Shown here: positions 52,901-61,608 of the stretch, one piece after another
Layout: each line of letters opens with the position of its first letter
Position numbering within the stretch: the stretch's first letter is position 1
From: Podarcis cretensis
Lineage: Eukaryota
Length of the DNA stretch: 64,000 nt
Assembly: GCA_951804945.1 (NCBI GenBank)
Contig: OX638156.1
Location: forward strand, 83,762,001-83,826,000
Direction: 5' to 3'
The notes under the pieces: model-generated
What the model was told of the DNA's origin: nothing
The model's database searches: none
What the model saw: the letters and a program-made list of their open reading frames with translations, nothing else
Translations under genes and position numbers: made by a program

Positions 52901-55900
52901 GCAAAAAAAGAAGTGGGTACCCTAATGCCATTCTGGGCTAAGGATAGGTGCTGAATCTGAAAAGGTTGAATGAAAACTCCTCCTAAAAGGGGTGTGTGAC
53001 AATGAATCATACTGTCCTCCCCTTATTACAGTCAATAGATTAAAGTTAAGTGCAGCTTTCTGAGACCGGGTGGATGTTGGTCCCACCTTAGCACTGGACA
53101 AGCCCAATACTCTGGAAGGGACTCTGGAAGTCATCTAGTTTAAGCTGCTGCTCAAACAGCACCCTATTTAAGAAAAGTTACTACAGGGTATGCACAGATA
53201 CTCAGAAGCAGTTTGCTAATTAAAACATGCCAGAAAAACAATCACTACTGTAGTGAGAGGCAAAATCCAAAGCAGGCACCTAACCACCTTCCAGGCTGGT
53301 GGAAGGGAGGGGCAACAGAGGGCAGCCAGGGCAGCCAGAAGCAGCAAAATAGCATTTTTCAGGAGCTGTTCAGTTGCATGGCTCTGGGGATGACCAGATG
53401 TTTGAAGCCTGCAACTGTCTTGTTAGGGGGAGTGAAATGGCAAATCAGACAAAGATGCAGCAAGGTCACTTAGGAAGCAAATTTTGGCTCCAGTCAGGAA
53501 ACATTCTGCCCATGAAGCACCCCTAACTTTTGCCAGCCTCGCTGCATCAAGCCCACTGCAATGACTCAACAACCCAATCTCTTCTCCAATTCACTGTCTT
53601 TGTCTTGGAGTACATCAGCAAGCGGCAATTAGCAGCCACATTTCTGAGTCCAATTTCAGAGCCCAATTAGCTGGACCAGAAGGGCGAGATGAAAGTTCCA
53701 ATGTAATCCTGGGGAGCCAATCAGGGTCTGGCCTGGGGTGGGAAGAAGTGCTTCCTGCCATGCACCAAGAGCATTCCCTGCCACAACAATCTGTATCCAG
53801 GTTAACTCCAATTCTAGCCTGTCCAACCTCAACATCTGAGGGTTGGGACATTTTTTTTTTTTTTAAAGCAGTGATTATTTCTAAACTTTACAAATGCTGT
53901 AGCACCGTGAGACACAGCAATGAGTGATGACTACAATTTGCAGAGCACTTCCCACATTCACACCATACATTCAAAGCAGGATTCTTTGGGGGAGGCCATA
54001 TGCTTCAAATGCATGGTGCAGATAAGCCCATGAACATGTGGACTTAAGGAGGAGGAAGTTATTTGTGCAAATAAAAGCAATTACTAGACAAAGTGTCTAG
54101 CGCTCCTCAACCTTTTCACGGGAGGCAATATTAACTTAACAGCTTAAACCTTTAAGAAGTTCTCTTCTCCTAGCAGCCAGGCTCATTAACAGCACCATAC
54201 TGGAACAACTTAGAGGGGGATTTTCTGACAAACTGGAACAACAAAGTGTGGCAAACTGCATTTGTGGGAAAATTAAATAAAACTGACACAAGGCCTGAAG
54301 CACAAAGACTCATTTGGAATCAAATGGAACAGTTTTGTTTATGTATATGGCTAAAAATGAAAACAGAGGACTTTCCTCACGTTACAAAACTTTGGTTAAC
54401 TTAAACGGTTTATCACCTTCTATACAAACAGTAGTCTGGGATAAGAAGCTTACATTATTTGGTAGTTATTTTGTAAGTACTGCTTAAACACCAGCATTCA
54501 GATATATGTATGTAGATGCTATATGTTTGAATGAATTTAATGAAGAAAGAAAGGAAGCAGCAGCTGCCTCTTCCCGAGTCAGCCAGCTGGTTCATTTAAC
54601 CCAGGGCTGTCTCCTCTTACTGGTGAGGACTCTGCAGGGTCTCAGGCAGAGAAGGGTGACCCCCAGCCCTGCAGAGACTGGTGAATATGGGGCTTGATGC
54701 AGGCAATGGGTGTTCTTTGCCGCCAAGCAATGGCACTTCCTCCTTCCTACCTTATCTCGGAGTAAGAGGTATGATAAAGGAATTCTTATGTGTTTCAAGT
54801 TGTCAAAGAATCCTCTCACCATGGACCTTCCCCCTCATTCAACCCCCACCCTCTGTTCCTGCCAGCTGAAATAAGCAAACAACAACAAGGGGAGGATTAT
54901 TTTTATCTGCATTTCGAAAGGAGTTAGACCTGCTGTGCAACAAGATCCCCCCCCCCCGCCCTTGCACTAAATGTGCCAGGAATAAACAGGCGAAAGCCAG
55001 GCTCACGTCAGGGGGAGGCTGAGAAAATGCTGAGTCACGCACAGCTCTTGCGCTTCCTGCTCTGAGCAGCGGAGTGGAAATTTCTGCCTCAGCGCTGTGA
55101 ATTCTTTCAGCACCCTGAGAACTTTCCGTGCCCACAGGAAGTCACTTGCCAGGTTAAATGCTGGGTGCATCTGAGGGACCACCAAGGAAAGACATGACAA
55201 AACCAGCAACACCTCACACCCTTACACAATCCCAGCTCTGAAATGTCCCATGGATGAGGACAGGCTTGCAGTCCCTGGGAAGGGTTAGGCCAGAGATCAC
55301 TCTCACAGCATCTCATGAGCAGGCCGGACCCGGAAAAGGTATGGTTCCACTCTCACCACCTTAATGCATTTGGCAATTTAATCCTACTTCTAGCTACAAG
55401 CAACAAGGCCCCTGGGTATTTCGTGCTTTCCTTCGAAGGCCAGCCGTGACCTAATGACACTTAAAATAGCTGCCTTAGATTTCAGAAGGTCTTTATGAAA
55501 TTGTTGCCAAAACAGCTCCCTGGAAAAGCATCCATAGTCCATAAGATGGCTCAGTGGCTTCAAAGCTCCTTAAAGCCACACCTTCTCCATCCGTCTACAC
55601 AAAGTTCCACGGAGAGCTATTTATATAAAATATAGATATTCTCTGCCTATCAATTCTGCATGCAGAATGTAAGCCAGCGCTAGCAAATGCTTCATTTAAG
55701 GTTCTCAAAAGAGGGATTCTTTTTTCTTTTCTTTTTTAGGGAATGGAGTGGACCACATATCAAAATATCAGTCCAGCTGCAAGTGTTTTGCTTTTTAAAA
55801 GAAGCAAAAAGAGGAAGGCTGCATCCTGTGACTGCAGAGCTAAACTTCTCTGAGATTATTCCTCAGCCTAGCAAAGGACACTGCTGGTGATCCAGGGCAA

Positions 55901-58900
55901 AAAGGAAGAAGACTAGCATGTCCTTACATGAAGTGGCCCAAGAGACCTTGGCTGGCACTGCTGCACGTTCCCATCTGTAGAGCTTCCTTCTAAACACAAC
56001 ATGCTTTTGAGTCACATTATGAATTAAAGCAAACCCCCATCTCCTCCCACTCCATTGATGAATTGCCGCAGCAGGCACAAAACAAAATGCTTTTGGGCAC
56101 TGGGGACAAAAGGACAACAGTCAACATGACTTTTCCTCAAAAGCCCACACTGAAAATGACATCCCACATACTGTTTTCTATGGCAGCACACCGATGACAG
56201 CGTATTACATCATGCCATATTTACATGTGATATGGGATCCAAGACACGCTGCTTTCTTAAAGCAGAGTCTACCATCAGGAAGTGCTGTGGAAGGCTGAGC
56301 AAAGAGTTGGAAGAGACCCTGAGGATCATCTAGGTCAACATCCTGCAACGCAAGAATACGCAGCTGTACCTTACAGGGATTGCCCCTGCAATCTTGGCAT
56401 TATCAGCACCATGCTCTAACCACACTGTTACAGCCAAGAGGGAACCAAGCTGTAGAGAACTCTGGAAATGCCTTGCAGGAAAACATGACTCACTTAAGGC
56501 ACCACATAGGAGAACGCTACTCACCAAAGCCTATGGCACAATTCCTAATGCCGTTTCCACTACTACTATACTTTACCCAGCCAAATGGGACAGGAAGGGG
56601 ACAATCCTAGAGTAAGCCACATAGGAAAAGGCAGCCAAGGTCACAAAACTCCAGAGTCATGAGTGGGTGTGGAATTTCTGAAATTCAGAATCTCTTCATT
56701 TCGGAAGGCAAATTGCTGGTTCTGGGCTACCTGAATATTAAACAAAGTCTAACTACATTCTTGGGAGTTAAATAATAAACCTCCTATTCATGAAAGCTTA
56801 GAAAACTGCAAAAACCCTTTCAAGTAGGACAATAAAAATATTTTTCCAGAAAAGCACCATGTAGATAGGGGACGTTTTATTCTCTGCCACTCAGAGCATC
56901 ATCAGTTGGGCCAAGAAAACTCTAAATCAAGGGGTAAAACACTCAGATACTCAAGTGGGACACCTTTGCAAGAACTCAACAGGGCTGCACGACTATGTTA
57001 ACCACAGAACAGCTTTGTTACAAAAGTTAAATGTCTTCTATGACCCATTCTCTGTTAACCCACTTCCCTCCCTGTCCATGTCTTACAGCACCACTTCTCT
57101 ATTCTCCCTTTGTGAGCCTCTCTTTTCCCCTTTATGTGCCACACCATGTGCTTCTGGATCCAGGAAGACAAAAGGAGCAACACAGAAGTCATGATGCAAG
57201 CTGCATTTTCCTGTCCCCACCCCTTTGGACCGCTTTCAATGGACCTTGGATAGCTCTCCACGGCTCCCACACACCAACACATCATAAAGGTTTGGAACCG
57301 AAACTTTCCTATTTTAATTAAACACCTTCCTAAAGGAAACATTTTGAACCTGAGCAATGAGTGAGCGCCAAACCAAGTATAAGCGACTTTCAATGCAAGA
57401 CCAGCCCTCCCTCGGCACTGCCAAACTGAGGTTAGTGCGAAAAGCTTCACTTTCTGACCTCTTCACATGCAAAATCCCTTATAAGCAATCCTGAATAAAG
57501 GGTGTGGAGGGAAAATGGAATCCCTGCTGTTTGAGGGACAGCCCAAGTAGTCAAGAGGGTGGCACCCAATGCTCATCCTACTCAGAGTAGACCCACTGAA
57601 GTTAATGGGTATGACTAATGATAATTAATTTCAATGGGTGTACTGTGTGTAAAACAAATGTTGGACACAACCCAGAGTGTATGGGGGAGGCAGATGTGGG
57701 CCGACAGGTACAGCAACTGCCAATGGCTGGGAACACAGGTGGGCCTTTAAAATGCTAAGCCACCATCCTCAGACTGGACACGAAGCTAAGACTCTCACCC
57801 TGCACATCTACGCCTACTCCAAATTTGAAACTGCCATAGAATTTAACACTTTCCAAGACAGAGCAACAGCTTTGAAGCAAAAAGTCCAGATGGCATGGTA
57901 AGATGCCTCAAGGGCAAAATACTGAATGGAGCTCCTCCATACATCTCAAGTTCTCAACGTGTTTTTAAGGCTCCCCATGAACATTCCTTCTGCCCTGAGT
58001 CTTCCACGCCTTTGCAGGAGGGGCCTCCCCTGTAAGCCACAATGGCCCCACCCTAAATGAGATCTCCACCCATTAGAAAAACAAGAGCCAGGCTTTTCCA
58101 GCGGGGCATCACTTAACCTTTTTTTTTCCTCTTGTCACTCACCATCCCACATCCCAGAATCCTTTGCACCAGTTCCCTTGGATCTTCAAAAAGACTGCTG
58201 GCTCTTGGGTGGGGTGGAAAGCTTCTGTCCCTCCTCCCTCCTGGCTGCTGGAGCGAGAGTGAAAGAGAGCGACAGAGTAAGAGAGAAAGAAAGAGAGTGA
58301 CAGAGAAAGAGACAGAGAGAGGGGGAGGGGGGGTGGGGAGGACGAGAATGATGGTGGGTGGGTGGGGGATGGACAGGGGTTGGCACATCTCCACGTCAAT
58401 GCTCCGTTCTCTCTCCCCTTCTACCAGGCTGATGGGAGCAGATGCATCCCCTCCAACTTCTCAAAATACTTTCTACACACCTGGATGGGGATGACCTCCC
58501 TTTCTACCTGCCTTTTTACAATGGGCTAAATGAACAAAAGCATCCCAGGGACATTTCTACCCATTCTTCCCCTACTCTAGGACTAGGGAATTGTTGTCAG
58601 CAGAGCTTGGTACTCTAGATAAAAGGGTACCTATTAGTAGTGACCTGTCCTGTCATTATGCTCTGAGTGGCTTCAAGTGCAGGACTCTGCTAATCTCAAA
58701 ACAGCAATGTGAAAGGTCTGTGGACCAGTTGCCATCAATTCTCAAAGCCCCCTGCAGGAGACCAGCTCCTTTGTTTGACACCCCCCTCTCCAAGTCTCCT
58801 GTGAGGTTGCAGGGATCTGAATGGGGAAACCAAATGGATCTATGCAGGCAACCATTTTTACAGAACAAGCTACTATGTGCTTCAGTAAGACTGCCTCTCC

Positions 58901-60893
58901 AGGGGGAAAACGAAAAAGTGGAGAAATACGATCAGTTATCAGAGACAGGTGACCAATACATTTTCCTACGATCAGCACGCTACACTCATGACAACATCCC
59001 AAAGATGAATGTACAAGACTTTATATATTCTTATGCCATGTATCAAAAATGTGAATTACTTTTGGTAAATTTAGGCCTGTGCCCTGGAAAGAAGCAAGAG
59101 TGCATATCCTGTTAACAACTGAGAATACGGGCAAAATATTGGTTAACAATTGCCTTAAGCCCTGAGTGGGTGAGCAATGGACCCCCCCCCCTTTTTGTAA
59201 GTGGAGGAAGCGGTGGCATTCAAAATTATCTGGATCCATCAGAGAAAGATCTATAACAAATGAACAAGAAGTGCCTCTTGTTGGCAGACAAAGAATTGCA
59301 AGACCTTCTGAGGCGAGGAGGACACCCCTTGCTTTTGTTTAGAATCAAACTAAGAAGACTAGCAGACTCTGTGCAGGGCTGACCTGCCAGACTTGGACGT
59401 GACTTAAGTTCAGGTAAGAAATCTGGAGAAGGCGTTACACAATCAGAGGTGCAACATTCTGGAGTGACTTTCTGTGGAAGAACCTCACTGTACTCAGGAC
59501 TCAACTGATAAATTCGTAAGGAATATTTGCAGTTTTTTCTGATGCCTGGAGGTGGGAAAAGGTTGTGGCTTTCATCTCTCTTCTGGAATACTGGGGATTG
59601 ACACAGGAGTTGGAGGTCGTGGAGATGCAGCTGGGCAGGGTAGCTGTTTCTGGTGCCCACAACAGTTACTACAGTAGCCACTCCACAACTTTCAGAGCAC
59701 TTTTTGTCTTCTTTGGTTAGGCTCTTAACACACAAGACTACACAAAATCCTTTTCTATCAATAAACTTGGCAGCAAGTTTTGAGCTGAACTGGTGGGGTG
59801 TCATGCCTACTGTCACATGATGCACATGTCAAGTCCACTGGAAAAGGTGCAACAACTTGAGTGACTCATGCACTGTCTGGCTGGAGGAAACAGATGCAGA
59901 GGGTTCTCTCATGCCTGTATAAAAAAAGGTCAACCTCGCCTCACCCCCAATTCCTCCTTTACTAAGGAACCAAAATGGGGCCCTGCATCACGCTTGAGGG
60001 TCTGGAAGTTATCATGGGAATCAAAGCAGCTGATTATGTTCCAAGTAGGATTTCAAGCACCAGCTCATCTGTCCGAGAACCAAGACTTCTAGTCTCATGC
60101 AGGAATCTACAGAAACAAAGAAGGGGCCGATGCCCCCTCCACTTGTATGCTTCTGAAAGCTCCCACACACTCTGCCTTGAGGCATCATTGCCAAGGAGGC
60201 CTTGGTGCTCAGCAGCTCACTGCCTGAAGCTGCCACAGGTCACATTGCCTAGGCATGAGGCCCACATCTGCGCTACCTTTGCTAACTACAAATACATTCC
60301 TCCTCTGCTTTGCCACATCATCCCTCGTCTCTTGGAAACGTTTTGAGGAATTAAGTGATTAAAAACAAGTTATGGTTTTCAATTATCTAAATTCCTTGTC
60401 CACGTGTATTATTTTTACTGTGTCCATTTTCTCTTTCAGCACATGCAACGAGTGCTGGTCAGAAAAGAAAAATGTACCTGCCTAAAGGCATGTTATTAAA
60501 ATCACCGCCACTTAGCAAAAAAAAGCGCTTAGTCTGACACGAGAGGCGTCCCTGCCAATTTCCAATTGAGGGGGTTGGGGTGGGGAGCGCCCTAAAGGGA
60601 ACCCCTCTCCTCTTCCCCTATCCTTGGCCAGCAAGAGGAAGAGCAGCTCAAGTGAAAGTAGCATGCAGACCAGGGTTAGCACTGCGCAAAGCCAAGATCT
60701 CACCCACACCCCATAAACTTATAGAAAGGCAACTCAGACCTGAGAAGCAGGCGCCAAACCTTACCTGGGTGAGGCTTGGGGAGGAGGCATGTCCTGGTGG
60801 CGTTGCAGCAAGGGATGGGTGCCCCTTGCCTATTTCATGTGCAGAGTAAGGGGAGGGGGCAGGAGGGCCTGGCTGTCTCGCAACCTGCGTGAC
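8702..60893 (-). CDS. EIF4G3: Eukaryotic translation initiation factor 4 gamma 3 (eIF4GII), multi-exon gene; 5' end outside the window
   Basis: 34 phase-consistent GT-AG exons from AUG 50553 to TGA 8702 (5070 nt, 1689 aa with all cassettes) plus an in-frame upstream exon. Diagnostic peptides: [81 protein letters not shown]. Confidence 0.98.
9631..9777 (-). CDS. EIF4G3: EIF4G3 exon (W2)
   Basis: tag|...|gtaagt; [48 protein letters not shown]; 147 nt. Confidence 0.96.
10270..10632 (-). mobile_element. Sauria SINE (Squam1-type), full length, young
   Basis: Minus-strand head GGGACGCAGGTGGCGCTGTGGGTTAAAGCC with B-box GGTTCGAATCC; (TACCTT)n tail; perfect 12-bp TSD AGGGACTCATTA at 10258-10269 and 10633-10644; CpGs intact. 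Confidence 0.93.
11248..11329 (-). CDS. EIF4G3: EIF4G3 exon (W2)
   Basis: cag|[27 protein letters not shown]|gtgagt; 82 nt. Confidence 0.96.
11936..12082 (-). CDS. EIF4G3: EIF4G3 exon
   Basis: cag|[49 protein letters not shown]|gtac; 147 nt. Confidence 0.96.
12341..12439 (-). CDS. EIF4G3: EIF4G3 exon
   Basis: tag|[33 protein letters not shown]|gtgagt; 99 nt. Confidence 0.96.
12953..13034 (-). CDS. EIF4G3: EIF4G3 exon
   Basis: cag|[27 protein letters not shown]|gtaagt; 82 nt. Confidence 0.96.
13403..13915 (+). mobile_element. 5'-truncated L1-clade LINE (ORF2 C-terminus plus 3' UTR)
   Basis: Translation [24 protein letters not shown]...[11 protein letters not shown] resembles a non-mammalian L1 ORF2 C-terminus; AATAAA and A-rich tail; TAAAATG repeated at 13396-13402 and 13916-13922 at a TT/AAAA site. 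Confidence 0.75.
14364..14489 (-). CDS. EIF4G3: EIF4G3 exon (MA3)
   Basis: tag|[41 protein letters not shown]|gtaagc; 126 nt. Confidence 0.96.
14647..14819 (-). CDS. EIF4G3: EIF4G3 exon (MA3)
   Basis: cag|[58 protein letters not shown]|gttggt; 173 nt. Confidence 0.95.
15053..15168 (-). CDS. EIF4G3: EIF4G3 exon (start of MA3)
   Basis: cag|[38 protein letters not shown]|gtaagg; 116 nt. Confidence 0.96.
15494..15835 (-). mobile_element. Sauria SINE, second copy with a ~20-bp internal deletion
   Basis: Closely similar to 10270-10632; ACATAAATTA repeated at 15484-15493 and 15842-15851. Confidence 0.92.
15953..16176 (-). CDS. EIF4G3: EIF4G3 exon
   Basis: cag|[56 protein letters not shown]...KAKET|gtgagc; 224 nt. 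Confidence 0.95.
16425..16456. repeat. (CTA)n microsatellite
   Basis: About 10 perfect units read directly. Confidence 0.95.
16500..16617 (-). CDS. EIF4G3: EIF4G3 exon
   Basis: cag|[38 protein letters not shown]|gtaagt; 118 nt. Confidence 0.95.
16860..17190 (+). mobile_element. CR1 LINE 3' fragment
   Basis: [34 protein letters not shown] is typical of the CR1 ORF2 C-terminus; homologous to 45938-46245. Confidence 0.85.
17833..17926 (-). CDS. EIF4G3: EIF4G3 exon
   Basis: cag|[31 protein letters not shown]|gtgagt; 94 nt. Confidence 0.96.
18364..18458 (-). CDS. EIF4G3: EIF4G3 exon
   Basis: cag|[31 protein letters not shown]|gtttgt; 95 nt. Confidence 0.95.
18908..19040 (-). CDS. EIF4G3: EIF4G3 exon
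   Basis: cag|[44 protein letters not shown]|gtaagt; 133 nt. Confidence 0.97.
19386..19490 (-). CDS. EIF4G3: EIF4G3 exon (end of MIF4G)
   Basis: tag|[35 protein letters not shown]|gtacgt; 105 nt. Confidence 0.97.
19980..20216 (-). CDS. EIF4G3: EIF4G3 exon (MIF4G)
   Basis: cag|[38 protein letters not shown]...[13 protein letters not shown]|gttaga; 237 nt. Confidence 0.97.
20371..20517 (-). CDS. EIF4G3: EIF4G3 exon (MIF4G)
   Basis: cag|[49 protein letters not shown]|gtgagt; 147 nt. Confidence 0.97.
21106..21303 (-). CDS. EIF4G3: EIF4G3 exon (start of MIF4G)
   Basis: cag|[25 protein letters not shown]...[10 protein letters not shown]|gtaagt; 198 nt. Confidence 0.97.
22173..22343 (-). CDS. EIF4G3: EIF4G3 exon
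   Basis: tag|[57 protein letters not shown]|gtgagg; 171 nt. Confidence 0.96.
24364..24474 (-). CDS. EIF4G3: EIF4G3 alternative cassette exon (111 nt, 37 aa)
   Basis: Long pyrimidine tract, tacag|[37 protein letters not shown]|gtaagc; phase 0/0. Resembles a mammalian eIF4G3 isoform insert at the same position (recalled). Confidence 0.8.
25238..25357 (-). CDS. EIF4G3: EIF4G3 exon
   Basis: cag|[40 protein letters not shown]|gtaagt; 120 nt. Confidence 0.96.
25893..26026 (-). CDS. EIF4G3: EIF4G3 exon with the eIF4E-binding motif (YxxxxL-phi)
   Basis: cag|[44 protein letters not shown]|gtatgg; 134 nt. Confidence 0.97.
27556..27808 (-). CDS. EIF4G3: EIF4G3 exon
   Basis: cag|[22 protein letters not shown]...[17 protein letters not shown]...GQYKP|gtaagt; 253 nt. 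Confidence 0.93.
28689..28777 (-). CDS. EIF4G3: EIF4G3 exon
   Basis: tag|[29 protein letters not shown]|gtaagg; 89 nt; phase fits both neighbours. Confidence 0.9.
31900..31932. repeat. (GA)n microsatellite
   Basis: About 16 units read directly. Confidence 0.95.
32455..33309 (-). CDS. EIF4G3: EIF4G3 large Pro/Ser/Glu-rich disordered exon
   Basis: cag|(E)[20 protein letters not shown]...[11 protein letters not shown]...[11 protein letters not shown]|gtgagt; 855 nt; covers most of ORF 32108..33226. Confidence 0.95.
36514..36622 (-). CDS. EIF4G3: EIF4G3 exon with a NAGNAG acceptor
   Basis: cccag|CAG|[36 protein letters not shown]|gtgggt; 109 or 106 nt. Confidence 0.92.
37290..37412 (-). CDS. 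EIF4G3: EIF4G3 exon (PABP-binding motif)
   Basis: cag|[41 protein letters not shown]|gtaact; 123 nt. Confidence 0.97.
37943..38046 (-). CDS. EIF4G3: EIF4G3 exon
   Basis: cag|[34 protein letters not shown]|gtaaga; 104 nt. Confidence 0.96.
38505..38568. repeat. 64-bp alternating purine-pyrimidine (CG/CA) tract
   Basis: tgcatg(cg)5(ca)6cgtacgcgcacacgcgcacgtgcg(ca)n read directly. Confidence 0.9.
39535..39649 (-). CDS. EIF4G3: EIF4G3 exon (prion-like N-terminal region)
   Basis: cag|[38 protein letters not shown]|gtaaga; 115 nt. Confidence 0.96.
40005..40125. mobile_element. Palindromic MITE-like element nested in an older CORE SINE (~39950-40190)
   Basis: GGGTTGTATCCAA...TGGTTACAGTCCC termini, AT on both flanks; SINE-like sequence resumes afterwards and ends in (AATA)n. 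Confidence 0.7.
40219..40412 (+). mobile_element. Old tRNA-derived SINE; minus-strand fragments of the same family near 20900, 22480, 27280 and 29700
   Basis: tRNA-like head (GGCAGAAC...TGCTTGGCATGCAGAAGG...GGTTTGATCCCTGGC) followed by the recurrent body GCTGCCAGTCAGTGTAGACAATACTGAGCTAG. Confidence 0.65.
41012..41191 (-). CDS. EIF4G3: EIF4G3 exon
   Basis: cag|[60 protein letters not shown]|gtaagg; 180 nt. Confidence 0.97.
41823..41843 (-). CDS. EIF4G3: EIF4G3 21-nt neuronal microexon (GGFRPIQ)
   Basis: gaag|GGAGGATTCAGACCCATCCAG|gtaact; upstream TGC motifs in the pyrimidine tract; TGCATG at 41797-41802. Matches the known eIF4G3 microexon peptide. Confidence 0.92.
45938..46245 (+). mobile_element. 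CR1 LINE 3' end with terminal (ATTCTATG)n repeat
   Basis: [52 protein letters not shown], then the 3' UTR ending CCAACTCTATGATTCTATGATTCTATGA. Confidence 0.93.
46382..46417 (-). CDS. EIF4G3: EIF4G3 small cassette exon (36 nt, [12 protein letters not shown])
   Basis: ctcctcag|TTTGCAGCG...CATCAG|gtacag; phase 0/0; matches the FAAGPRPxHHQ insert of eIF4G3 isoforms. Confidence 0.9.
49577..49690 (-). CDS. EIF4G3: EIF4G3 cassette exon (114 nt)
   Basis: gacag|[38 protein letters not shown]|gtaagc; phase 0/0; matches an insert in long eIF4G3 isoforms. Confidence 0.9.
50524..50619 (-). CDS. EIF4G3: EIF4G3 exon containing the canonical AUG (50551-50553), open in frame upstream
   Basis: ggcag|[32 protein letters not shown]|gtaagg; 96 nt. 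Confidence 0.95.
56303..56428 (-). mobile_element. tRNA(Ile-like)-derived SINE with a CR1-type tail
   Basis: Minus strand GGTTAGAGCATGGTGCTGATAATGCCAAG... then GATGATCCTCAGGGTCTCTTCCAACTCT, similar to the CR1 3' end at ~46200. Confidence 0.65.
57557..57673. mobile_element. Palindromic MITE-like element
   Basis: GGGTGGCACCCAA...CCTACTCAGAGTAGACCCACTGAA...TTCAATGGGTGTACT...TTGGACACAACCC. Confidence 0.75.
60765..60893 (-). CDS. EIF4G3: EIF4G3 upstream exon encoding an in-frame N-terminal extension (43 codons, no in-frame AUG)
   Basis: ctcctcacag|[43 protein letters not shown]|gtaagg; 129 nt, phase 0/0, joins APYPSGQN in frame. Resembles extended vertebrate eIF4G3 N-termini (recalled). Confidence 0.88.
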
Positions 60894-61357
60894 CTGTGAG
60901 GAGATAAACTGTTAGTAAAACCAGAGATTAGTAAAGCTCCCTCCATGGGGGTTCATTTACATGCTGAGGCTACAGACCTGGGGAGGAAAAGGAAGCGATT
61001 CATCCTTTGGCTCACAATTAGCTACCACTGGATACACTCACCGTCTCTCTGGCCACCCGTAAAAAAGGACAGGGAGAGCAAGAGGCTGCAGGAGCAGAGC
61101 TTGTTCACACGCCTTATCTTGCATCTCAGAACTTGAACACAGATGAAGGGTACATCTCTAATGGCAAAAGGGCGAGCCTTTCACCTGGTCAACATTGCCT
61201 TGCTTTGAGAAATCTTTAGAGCTTCAGTAACGAGAAGGCACTTATCTTTTCTTGTAAAACTTCCCATTATTTCCCAATGCATCCCCGTCCTTGGCACATG
61301 CTCGGTCCGTATCAAGCATCCAATGGAAACAGGTGGCTGGCAATTATTTTGGAATTT

Positions 61358-61608
61358 GAGAGCCAGTGTGGTGTAGTGGTTAAGAGCGGTAGTCTCATAA
61401 TCTGGGGAACCGGGTTTGCGTCTCCGCTCCTCCCCATGCAGCTGTTGGGTGACCTTGGGCCAGTCACACTTCTTTGAAGTCTCTCAGCCCCACTCACCTC
61501 ACAGAGTGTTTGTTGTGGGGGAGGAAGGGAAAGGAGAATGTTAGCCGCTTTGAGACTCCTTAAAGGGAGTGAAAGGCGGGATATCAAATCCAAACTCTTC
61601 TTCTTCTT
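61358..61608 (+). mobile_element. tRNA-derived CORE SINE (Squam3-like), full length
   Basis: A-box-like TGGTGTAGTGG head, CORE segment, (TTC)n tail; inverted homolog of 4402-4650. Confidence 0.85.

Noticed and set aside
56303-56428. tRNA-like sequences here and at 4600-4650, 10550-10632, 40219 and 61358
   Set aside because: These are SINE heads followed by SINE bodies, without a complete cloverleaf.
58591-59825. 174-aa (+) and 199-aa (-) intronic ORFs
   Set aside because: No recognisable homology, coding-like composition or convincing splice boundaries; treated as chance ORFs, though not excluded without BLAST.
8900-60000. Intronic snoRNA, since paralogs EIF4G1 and EIF4G2 host C/D snoRNAs
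   Set aside because: Spot checks (e.g. TGATGA near 11117 and 45185) found no properly spaced C/D pair with a terminal stem on the host strand. The check was not exhaustive; an Rfam/Infernal scan would be decisive.
4402-61608. Inverted pair of Squam3-like SINEs bracketing most of the gene
   Set aside because: They are 57 kb apart and one lies beyond the poly(A) site; expected by chance for an abundant family.
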